Shown here: one piece after another, positions 1-8,533 of the stretch
How positions within the stretch are numbered: the stretch's first letter is position 1
Layout of the letters: every line of letters begins with the position of its first letter
DNA from: Candidatus Micrarchaeota archaeon
GTDB taxonomy: Archaea; Micrarchaeota; Micrarchaeia; Anstonellales; Bilamarchaeaceae
Direction: 5' to 3'
NCBI GenBank assembly: GCA_018812715.1
Contig: JAHJCT010000017.1
Location: forward strand, 204,019 to 268,018
Length of the DNA: 64,000 nucleotides
The notes under the pieces: model-generated
Seen by the model: only the letters and a program-made list of their open reading frames with translations
Told to the model about the DNA's origin: nothing
Database searches by the model: none
Translations under genes and position numbers: made by a program

Positions 1-3000
1 CTGTTGATTCTTCTGGTTCATTTTCTCCTACCCAGCCTTCTAGTCTGCCATACATGTAATTGGCTGCAATCAACCATCCGGCATTTCTTGCCTGATCTTC
101 ATTCCAACCATAAAGATCGACGAACATTGTTGTCATATTCTGATACATTTCATCTGCTTCCTGCTCTACTACTCTGTATTCCCGAAGAAGATCGACTTCA
201 TTATATGCAACTGTTACTCCATACCCATATGTTTCATGTTCACTTGTTGGTACCTCATGCCTCCATCGTCCTCCTATTGTTGCCGGATAACCACCAATAA
301 GTCTTGCTTCCCATGAATGTGATAATGGATCTACGCGCATGCGCCTCCACATAAGTTCTCCGCTTCCATGTGCCCAATGAGTGTCCGTTACTCTTGCGGG
401 ATTTTCAGGATCTAATTCAACTGTCTGGGCTCCGCGATAGAATGCTGCATAAACATCTCTTTGTCTTCCACTTTGTAACAAGTTTGTCACTGCCATGCCA
501 GTTGCTTCTTCTATGTGTACAGGATCCATTGTACTTAGGTTTCTTACAAGCTCTCCAAAGAGAAGTGCTGAAACTGTATCTCCGTCATCTCCAGTTGGTA
601 TGGTAAATCCAACAGCAGCACCATCAAATCCAGCTGCTGCCGAATCTTCTGTGAGCATTTCACTTCCAACAAATCTTAATGAAGCAAGTATATTCTGCGT
701 ATTTACTCCCCCATAAAGGTAATTCATCAACTCTGCTTCTGTATTACGTCCAAATGCAAGCTGGTAAACATCTCCCTCTCCTGTTATGAAAAACAATCTG
801 CTTCTTATTTCTCCTTGTTCTTCCTGCAGTCTGTCTCTTGTTTGGTTTTCAATATCTTCCATTGTTATTCCATAACCTTCCAAAAGTGCATCTAATTCTT
901 CTTGTGCTGCTTCTCTGTCTTCTTCAGTTTCTCCATTTCTTGAAGTATCCAGAAGCGTATTTATATGCGAATAATTAACATCTTCAGGATTTTCGACCCC
1001 CATATCTGTTATATCATCTGATGTTAATCTCCATGTGGGAGGACCAAGAAGTTCTGGCACATAGGTACCTGCAACAAAGAAAAGCATATCTGTTCCGGAT
1101 TCTCTTGCTATCCTTTGGTATGACTCAAGCAGTCCATCTGTCCTCACAGCAGTTGTTACTTCCTCTCCTTCTACCATGCCTGTTGAACTTTCATAAGTAA
1201 ATTCTTCTCGTGCCCTGTGGATTCCTACTCCTTCTCCTCTTCTAAACGTATCAACAGGAACAAGTTGAAGTAAAGGAAGCGGGACTGGTCCAGTTAATGG
1301 ACTTGGAACACCTACTGCTTCTCCAGTATAATCGACCCTATGGCCACCAGTAACACTTTCTTCAGCTTCGGTTCTTTCTCCAGTATATTGCAGCTCCCAT
1401 CTTTCTCCGCCAGTGATGCCCCGTAATTGTCCTTCACCAAGAGCAGCACCACGTTCTGTAACACTTCCTTCTTCTCCTTCTACTGAGTAGTACATTCCTC
1501 CTTCGGCATTGCCACTTAACCAATAATCCTGATAATTCACTGGCATAGCTCCAAAGAGCTGGGTAATTCTTCTTATGATTGTAGATGAACCAAGTGCACC
1601 AATTCTATATCGTGCTGGCACGCCCATTCTGAACATTCTGTCGGTTGGAGGGCGTACTTGATCATACATGTTTGAGAATAATCCCATTGCACCTGAATCA
1701 AGTACATTCAATCCTAACATTGGTCCATTTGGCATTGTCACGCGTGGAAGCAAACTGAGTGGCTGTCCACTTTGTCCATAAAGTGTTGGCAATTGTTCTT
1801 CATCATATTGCCACCAGCCTGGTCTTTGTCTGTATAAAAATGGGCTAATGAAACCCTCATCAGTCATTGGCTCCGGAACCATACGCATTTCATCTTCTAA
1901 TCTATGATGATCAAATGTACTTGTAATTTCTGGAAGTTGTTCTCCAATTCGTCTAAATACTCCAAGGAAGTATTCTCTGTTTATTGCATTACTATACATC
2001 AGATATCTTTGACCTTCAGCATATCTTTGTGTAAACATTTGCCTGAATGCCGTCATTCCTGCAATCAGCGTCCGCTCATCCTGAGCAACTTCTAATAATG
2101 CTGGAAGAACATACAATAAATATGGGCCAACGAGATAAGGATCCCTGTGTGATATCACTAAAAGCGTGTTCATTAATTCTGTGGCTGCAGCTCTTTGGAA
2201 GGCTGATCCACTTCCAGAAATGCCCTCAAGAGCTATGCCCATATATACTGCATCTAATATTGTAAGTTCATTGCGTAATTGTTGAACATTCTCATCTGTA
2301 AATTCTCCTGTTTCAGGACTAAAACCAGTTTCATTTCTTTGTAATAGGTATTCAGTTTCCATACCTTCATAGAACGTTCTTCCGGCCCTTATCAATTGTC
2401 TTCCAGCATCTGTTTGGAAAAATCTGGCCAGTTCTTCTGGTGTAACCTCATCTTGTAAATAGTCTGGTATATCGATGTGATACTGCTGTCCAATGCGTGT
2501 AAGATTTTCTCTGAAAAGTTCAAGATTGAAATATTGATTGAAAAGATAGTTATTCTCTCCAAATTCTTGTCTGTATATGTTTACAGCCTGTTCAAAATTG
2601 GTTCCAAATTCATCACTGGGATTAGAGAATAGCAATGCATTTCTTAATCTTGCATATACGCCGGGCAATGTTCTTGCTACGTGGTCATAATTCTCCATAA
2701 AGTTTGCCCTTGTTGCCCCGGGACCCTCTTCAAATGCACTATAAAGTCTTTCCAGAGTTTCTTCAGGAATATTTTCAAGCTCACTTACTCTAGCGCTTGG
2801 TCTTTCCAAAAATCTCAATGCATTCATATTTTCATGTACAAGTGTTACAAGGTCCTCTCCATAAGCAACATTAAGCATCTGTATTCTTTCTTGGAATCTT
2901 TCATATTCTCTTGTTCCTTCTGCTGGTTCATTCAACCACACCGCATATATTGCTCCGAGTGCATAAAACAACTCTTCTCCTTGATTAAGATATGTTCTTG

Positions 3001-6000
3001 TCAAGACATCAATTGTTCTTGAATATGCAGATGAATATGCTGCCATAAGTTCTCCTCTTACATCTTCTGGCAGTTCCCTTACTTGATCTAGACCAACTTC
3101 TGATTCCAATAATGGTGCAAGATGTTCTCGTTGTGCTTCAACTGCAACTACGAACTCTTCTCCAAACAATTCAACCATTCTTGCCCTGTTTTCTTCTCCT
3201 TGTGGATTTACTAACGCACGGTGGCATCTGATTAAAATACTTGCAAAAAGAACATTTTCTCCTTGTCTTAAATCTTCTCTGGTTGTACCTGGGCTTTCTA
3301 AGAATTGTAAATGTGGCGCATGTGCTTCAACAAGCAATACGAATTCCTCTCCATAATTTCTGACCAAGTCTCTTCTGTTGCTTTCTTCCAAACCAGCATA
3401 TGTTCTTGTAAGTGCATTAAAGAATCCTCTTTCATTCATGCTTCCAACAAACTCGTATAGTTCAGGATCTGCCCCATGCAAAACACTTGCAACAATCTCT
3501 TCTACGACTGCCTGTTTTTCAGGTGTAAGACTTCCAAACCAATCTAACAATTCTCTTAACTCCTGACTGTCAACATCTACACTTACAGTTCCAATCGCTC
3601 CGGTTACCCTTGTTAAATCCCCACCAGTTTGCGCTACATGTATCAAGGAGTATGCCATTTCAACTGATCTGCGAAGTTCTTGCGGATTTAACATTGAGTC
3701 AGACAATGTTCTTTGCTCTTGCTCCAATCTCTCAAGTGATTCTGCATCGGATGTAAGTCTGGATCTTCTTACTATTTCTCTGTTTTGTATCTCCCACCTT
3801 CTTATACGCTCCAATAAAAGTGCCCTTGCTGGTTCAAGAACAGAATATTGCAATTGTCTTCTAATATCCCCAATGTCATTTGCAATAGTGTGGCTGCGTG
3901 ATTCTATTGCCCTACTCCCCTCGCCTTCGATAACTACTGTAGGTGCAGTTACCACTTCTCTTGATACCACTGGCCTTACAAATAATGTTCCAAGTGCATC
4001 TCTTGCATCGACAAGAGCAACTCCTCCTCTGTTAATCGATTGTCTTGCCCTAGCTAATGCTGCCACCAATTGTACTGGGCCATATGAGTAAATTCTTCCT
4101 GCCCTCAATTCTCTTGTAGTTTCATCAGTCCTTTCTTGCAAAGCTGTTTCTATGCTCTGGACATCCCCAGAGAGCCATTCTAATTCAGCGCGATTTGTTT
4201 CAACAAAACCAACAAGTTCTTCCCCATATCGACTAACAAGCCTGCTTCTGTCTGTGCTATTTTCGTAAATATCATGCAGTGCAATTGCAAATGTCCCATA
4301 GGTATATCCAATGTTTTGCTGTATTTGTGTAACAACAGCGTCTTCACTTCTTGTGCGCATACCTTCTTCTATTTGTTCTATTGGAAGTACTAACCAATGA
4401 AGATTTTCTATATTTGTTTCAACAAAATTAACAAACTCTTCCCCATATCTGCTAACTAGTTCTGCCCTTCTTTCCCTCATTGTTTGTACTTCACTATATG
4501 CTTGCGTGAGGACAGTGCCAGCATTATTACCATATCTGCTTATCAGAGCAGTTGCGAGCGGATCTGCTTCTTCTCCTCTGCGGGTTCTTGTTCTTCTTTC
4601 AAGTTCTCCTTGGGCATCAGCAGGACTCATGTCAGCAACCCATGAAAGCTGATCAAAATTTTCTTCAACTGTTTGCATTTCTTGAACAACGTTATGCCCT
4701 ATTGTTCCTTCTTGCACTAATCTTGCATTTCCTCTTATTCTCTCCTCACGCAAGGCACTATAAACTTCTATTAATGCAGCTCCCCTATTTTCAACATCTA
4801 TTTCCAGAAGTTGAAGTGCTAGTGTATCCTCAAACCCAACTCTTCTACTCAGTTCTCTTTCGGCTTGCGTTCCATCTCTCATTAACCAGTCAATTCTGCT
4901 ATTTTGTATTATTACATTGACAAGCTCAGGTCCATAGTCAGTTCTTAATCTGTCAAGATCTGGAGTTTCTCTTGCCAGTTCAGTATAAATATCTCTTATT
5001 GCAATCGGGAGAATGTTTCTGCCAAATCCTCTTATGATCGCTGCTAATGTTTCATCATTATTTAGTTCAGCCCTATATAATGCTTGGAATTCATTCCAGA
5101 ATGTCTCATTCTCCTCTATTGGTCTACCAAGGAATCTTCCATTGAGTATTCCTCTAAATTCATTGCTTGCCTGCTGACTTCCAGTTGCAATAACCTCATT
5201 CATTAATCTGATTGCATGTCCTGCTTGTCCTCTTGCAACAATGTCAAGTAATGGTCCAATTACCTGCTCGTTCATCTGCGTTATTTCTGTATCGCTAACA
5301 TCTCTCCTTAGTACATCGCGCATAAAGCGTTGAACATGCGCATCTACATCCTGTCTTGTACCAGTTATGGCAAGATTATATACTTCTCGAACTAGTGTTG
5401 CAAATTCGCCGGGCTCTATCCCACTCATAATTCTGTTATAATTCTGTGTTATACTTGCTAAACCAGATGCTGTATCATTGTATATTCTTTCACGAAACTG
5501 TTCTGTAAATGCATCTGTAAATTCATCACTTGTATTTGCATTCCATATTCTTACAAATTCATCTCTACTTGTTTGATCGCCAGTAAGTATGAAATTCCTA
5601 AGATGATCTATTGCTATTCTTGCCTGTTCTGCTGGCATGCTTGTTATAACTAATTGTGTAAGATTCTCTCCATATCGTGCAGAAAGTTCTTCTACTGCCG
5701 CTCTTTGCAATTCTTTTCTTACAGCATTATCAATGGTATATCCTTCTTCCATCAATGCTCTTACTCTTCCGACATCAGTATCTGCCCTTACTGCTGTGCT
5801 GGTTTCTACTCTTTCCCTTAATTCATCTACTGCATCATTATTAGGAATACTTCTTGCCAATCCAGCTCTTATATTATACAACGTATCGATGAAGTCAACC
5901 ATAACAACAGGTTCTAATGGCCTTCTATCCTCTCTATAAGCCTCTAAAAGAGCACTCACTTGCGGATCTTCTCTAACCCGTTCCATTTCTTCAGAAAAGT

Positions 6001-6349
6001 GAGCCATAAAAGTAGCATTTTCATTTAATGGAGCTCCTCTGAAATCTTCATTATATATTCTCCAAAACAAGTCTCGTTGTGATTCGTTTCCAGTGATTAC
6101 ATAATTCCTATAAGCGTCAGCAGCTTCAGTGCCTCTTTGCTGAAGATACGTGACGTCCTCTGCTTCAATACGTCCCTGTTCTGCCATAGCTTCATTACCC
6201 CCGAAGTAGTTTATATTGGTAACGGTACCTACGCCAATGCTTGCAGAGAGAAAATACTTCATCCATCTCGAACGCTTTACCCGATCAAGAATGCCTTCAC
6301 GGCGAATCGTCTCTCGCTGTTCGCTATAACAAAGTTTTGCTCCTGCCAT
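1..6349 (-). CDS. Giant acidic repetitive protein, 5' part only (>2116 aa; C-terminus lies beyond the window start). Start ATG is the complement of 6347-6349.
   Basis: My own translation of the minus strand from 6349 to the window edge gives an uninterrupted frame. It is missing from the ORF track because no stop falls inside the window. The N-terminus MAGAKLCYSEQ... has a hydrophobic stretch around residues 28-50. An RYGEEFV..VE module recurs (for example near 4440, 4215, 3345, 3155 and 2855). Composition is R/E/D/A/T-rich, unlike the K-rich housekeeping genes. No family recognised. Confidence 0.8.
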   Translation of the reverse strand, partial: MAGAKLCYSEQRETIRREGILDRVKRSRWMKYFLSASIGVGTVTNINYFGGNEAMAEQGRIEAEDVTYLQQRGTEAADAYRNYVITGNESQRDLFWRIYNEDFRGAPLNENATFMAHFSEEMERVREDPQVSALLEAYREDRRPLEPVVMVDFIDTLYNIRAGLARSIPNNDAVDELRERVETSTAVRADTDVGRVRALMEEGYTIDNAVRKELQRAAVEELSARYGENLTQLVITSMPAEQARIAIDHLRNFILTGDQTSRDEFVRIWNANTSDEFTDAFTEQFRERIYNDTASGLASITQNYNRIMSGIEPGEFATLVREVYNLAITGTRQDVDAHVQRFMRDVLRRDVSDTEITQMNEQVIGPLLDIVARGQAGHAIRLMNEVIATGSQQASNEFRGILNGRFLGRPIEENETFWNEFQALYRAELNNDETLAAIIRGFGRNILPIAIRDIYTELARETPDLDRLRTDYGPELVNVIIQNSRIDWLMRDGTQAERELSRRVGFEDTLALQLLEIDVENRGAALIEVYSALREERIRGNARLVQEGTIGHNVVQEMQTVEENFDQLSWVADMSPADAQGELERRTRTRRGEEADPLATALISRYGNNAGTVLTQAYSEVQTMRERRAELVSRYGEEFVNFVETNIENLHWLVLPIEQIEEGMRTRSEDAVVTQIQQNIGYTYGTFAIALHDIYENSTDRSRLVSRYGEELVGFVETNRAELEWLSGDVQSIETALQERTDETTRELRAGRIYSYGPVQLVAALARARQSINRGGVALVDARDALGTLFVRPVVSREVVTAPTVVIEGEGSRAIESRSHTIANDIGDIRRQLQYSVLEPARALLLERIRRWEIQNREIVRRSRLTSDAESLERLEQEQRTLSDSMLNPQELRRSVEMAYSLIHVAQTGGDLTRVTGAIGTVSVDVDSQELRELLDWFGSLTPEKQAVVEEIVASVLHGADPELYEFVGSMNERGFFNALTRTYAGLEESNRRDLVRNYGEEFVLLVEAHAPHLQFLESPGTTREDLRQGENVLFASILIRCHRALVNPQGEENRARMVELFGEEFVVAVEAQREHLAPLLESEVGLDQVRELPEDVRGELMAAYSSAYSRTIDVLTRTYLNQGEELFYALGAIYAVWLNEPAEGTREYERFQERIQMLNVAYGEDLVTLVHENMNALRFLERPSARVSELENIPEETLERLYSAFEEGPGATRANFMENYDHVARTLPGVYARLRNALLFSNPSDEFGTNFEQAVNIYRQEFGENNYLFNQYFNLELFRENLTRIGQQYHIDIPDYLQDEVTPEELARFFQTDAGRQLIRAGRTFYEGMETEYLLQRNETGFSPETGEFTDENVQQLRNELTILDAVYMGIALEGISGSGSAFQRAAATELMNTLLVISHRDPYLVGPYLLYVLPALLEVAQDERTLIAGMTAFRQMFTQRYAEGQRYLMYSNAINREYFLGVFRRIGEQLPEITSTFDHHRLEDEMRMVPEPMTDEGFISPFLYRQRPGWWQYDEEQLPTLYGQSGQPLSLLPRVTMPNGPMLGLNVLDSGAMGLFSNMYDQVRPPTDRMFRMGVPARYRIGALGSSTIIRRITQLFGAMPVNYQDYWLSGNAEGGMYYSVEGEEGSVTERGAALGEGQLRGITGGERWELQYTGERTEAEESVTGGHRVDYTGEAVGVPSPLTGPVPLPLLQLVPVDTFRRGEGVGIHRAREEFTYESSTGMVEGEEVTTAVRTDGLLESYQRIARESGTDMLFFVAGTYVPELLGPPTWRLTSDDITDMGVENPEDVNYSHINTLLDTSRNGETEEDREAAQEELDALLEGYGITMEDIENQTRDRLQEEQGEIRSRLFFITGEGDVYQLAFGRNTEAELMNYLYGGVNTQNILASLRFVGSEMLTEDSAAAGFDGAAVGFTIPTGDDGDTVSALLFGELVRNLSTMDPVHIEEATGMAVTNLLQSGRQRDVYAAFYRGAQTVELDPENPARVTDTHWAHGSGELMWRRMRVDPLSHSWEARLIGGYPATIGGRWRHEVPTSEHETYGYGVTVAYNEVDLLREYRVVEQEADEMYQNMTTMFVDLYGWNEDQARNAGWLIAANYMYGRLEGWVGENEPEEST

Positions 6350-6421
6350 TGACTAACTACCTTTGTATTTATTGTGTTAAGAAAGCTTAAAAAGAGGTGT
6401 CACAATAAGGATTTTCAGGGA

Positions 6422-6688
6422 TTATCCTACCCCCAAAAATTTCTCATATTCTTTGTGGTCGCCAATAAAATAAAATTTCCGAGTTTTTATTCTTTCTTCT
6501 GAAACAAAAAGCACACGATATTGCCCGATCTCATCAACAAAGAATTCAAGACCATATTTTTCATGTCTAAAGCCATGCGTAGGGAATATTTTATATTTGT
6601 CTCTACGTTTCATAAATCTCTTTTGGATATCTGGCGGAAGCTTGTCAAAATAATTTTTCCAGGCTTCATCATATTCAAGGATGTACAT
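6422..6688 (-). CDS. RelE/ParE-family toxin (type II toxin-antitoxin)
   Basis: 88 aa. Pattern YILEY...KLPPDIQKRF...YRVLFVSEE...FYFIGDHKEY fits RelE/StbE. It lies immediately downstream of a small partner ORF, the classic antitoxin-then-toxin order. Confidence 0.7.
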   Translation of the reverse strand: MYILEYDEAWKNYFDKLPPDIQKRFMKRRDKYKIFPTHGFRHEKYGLEFFVDEIGQYRVLFVSEERIKTRKFYFIGDHKEYEKFLGVG

Positions 6689-6697
6689 TTATCTCAT

Positions 6698-6922
6698 CTA
6701 TAAAAGATGTTGATATTTACCTGTAAATTCTTCATCGCCAATTGTTTTCCTTTTTCCTTTTTTTGCTTCTTCATGAAGTTCTTTAAGTACTTTTATTGCC
6801 TTTTTATCTTCAAGTGGCCTTACTCCCAACCTTTCATGAACTTCCTCTTCTAAGTAATTGATAATATCTCTGCATTTAAGTAGTTCTTCATACTCTTGCT
6901 TAGATATTTTGATATACTCCAT
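6698..6922 (-). CDS. Putative antitoxin partner of the RelE-like toxin
   Basis: 74 aa, charged and helical. It sits directly upstream of the toxin on the same strand with a 9-nt spacer. The local region is AT-rich, unlike the flanking giant genes. Confidence 0.5.
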   Translation of the reverse strand: MEYIKISKQEYEELLKCRDIINYLEEEVHERLGVRPLEDKKAIKVLKELHEEAKKGKRKTIGDEEFTGKYQHLL

Positions 6923-6967
6923 TTTATTTCACAGTTATATTATGATTCAGCTCTTTAAAAATCATTA

Positions 6968-8533
6968 TCATTCTATTTGCAATACTCTTCTGCGCCTTGT
7001 CCCTTCATCTTGTGGTTGCGCTTCTGGCACTGTGACGTTTGGTATGCTCCTTGCCCAATCCCCAACAGTGGAAGTATGGTGATTCATTCTCCACGTATAA
7101 ACAGAAATAGCAGAAAGTGTTCTCATATCTATTATTCCATTAACATGAAGATCTGTTCGTGGAGTTCCTAATATGCTGTTATATAATAAGTTAAGATCTC
7201 CATTGAGGCTGTCAAACCATTCTTCATCTGTTCTAGTTGCTGAGAAATTTATGAATGCCTGCACTGCCCTTGCTACTAATCTTCTATCCGTGTCTGATGT
7301 GGTACTTCTTAAGCGTGTCGCTTCTCTTCCAACAGTTGCATATTCATCATGACTTTGTACAAATGCTAAAAACACCTCATCTTCATGCAGGTAGTCATTG
7401 AATATTCTCATAAAAGCATCATATACATCAGTTCTCTCTAATTCAGTTAATGCACTTTCTAAGGAATCGTATCCTTCCGGAAGAGTGCGCATGAGTGTTA
7501 TTATTGCCTCTGGCCTTCCCTGTTGCACTCCTTGATATAATTCAGTACTAAGATTGGCCCAATGGCTTTCAGCAAATTGTTGCAGTGGGGTTTGTCGTAC
7601 TTCGACTGCTAATACTTCTGTAGCTTGCCATACATCAATACTATCCTGGCTTACACCAGTTCCTGTTTCCAAATACCATCTTCTCAAATATAATGCAGCG
7701 GCTGTAAGTGTATCTGCATCCATTGCTACAGTACGGTATGTTCTGAGACTTTGCTCATTTCCAATTCTTGTATGAATCTCTGGTAATTGATCTATCTCTT
7801 GATGATATCTTGCATAATTTTCACGTGCTGCTTCAAATTCAAGAAGATAATACCGGGTAAAAGCAAGTGCTGTGTTTACCAAATTAGCATCTGCATTTAT
7901 CGCAAGTGTTGGGGGTTCTCCTTGTTCTGTCATATATGCCTGAAGCGCAGCATAATTCCCTCCTTCTCTTCCAGCAACAGATGAAAGGAATAATCTGAAT
8001 CTTGGTATTTGATAAAATTCATTGAAAATTGTAACTGCTGCTCCTCTTCTGTTTTCATCTGTAGAAAGAAATTGCTGAATGCGATCTCTGTTAGTGTGCA
8101 AGGTATTTACAGCATTCAATGCATCTGTGCTTCCTCTTGCTCTTAATTGCATTTGAATCCAATCAGTTGAAATTGTTGGTATTGGAGGTTGTTCTTCTAC
8201 TGTTTCTTCTCTTCTTTCTCGTCTGGGCCTTCTCTCACGCCTTGGTGCAGGTTCTTCTACAGCTGGTTCTTCTACTACAGGCTGAGGGTGCAGTTCTCCA
8301 TAAATACGTGTAGCTATTGCCGCTACATTTAATCCATCAATAGCATCAAAATCCTGATCTGCACATCTTCCGCTTGCCCAGTTTTTAGCGCGTCTCAGTT
8401 CTCCTTGCAGATCTTCAACGCTCATTTGATCGTTTACAGTTACTCCTGTGTTATACCTTCTTGCCTCTCCTTCTCCACCTGTACAAACTATTACTATCGT
8501 ATTATTTCGAAGCGTTACTCTGGCATCAACCAT
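6968..8533 (-). CDS. Hypothetical 521-aa protein linked to the giant-protein cluster
   Basis: Its ATG shares a base (position 8533) with the stop of the 2854-aa gene. The N-terminus VTLRNNTIVIVCTGGEGEARRY loosely resembles the YGLTVSGEGE C-terminal motif of the giants. R/E/A/T-rich composition with a PRRERRPRRERREE linker. Confidence 0.6.
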   Translation of the reverse strand: MVDARVTLRNNTIVIVCTGGEGEARRYNTGVTVNDQMSVEDLQGELRRAKNWASGRCADQDFDAIDGLNVAAIATRIYGELHPQPVVEEPAVEEPAPRRERRPRRERREETVEEQPPIPTISTDWIQMQLRARGSTDALNAVNTLHTNRDRIQQFLSTDENRRGAAVTIFNEFYQIPRFRLFLSSVAGREGGNYAALQAYMTEQGEPPTLAINADANLVNTALAFTRYYLLEFEAARENYARYHQEIDQLPEIHTRIGNEQSLRTYRTVAMDADTLTAAALYLRRWYLETGTGVSQDSIDVWQATEVLAVEVRQTPLQQFAESHWANLSTELYQGVQQGRPEAIITLMRTLPEGYDSLESALTELERTDVYDAFMRIFNDYLHEDEVFLAFVQSHDEYATVGREATRLRSTTSDTDRRLVARAVQAFINFSATRTDEEWFDSLNGDLNLLYNSILGTPRTDLHVNGIIDMRTLSAISVYTWRMNHHTSTVGDWARSIPNVTVPEAQPQDEGTRRRRVLQIE

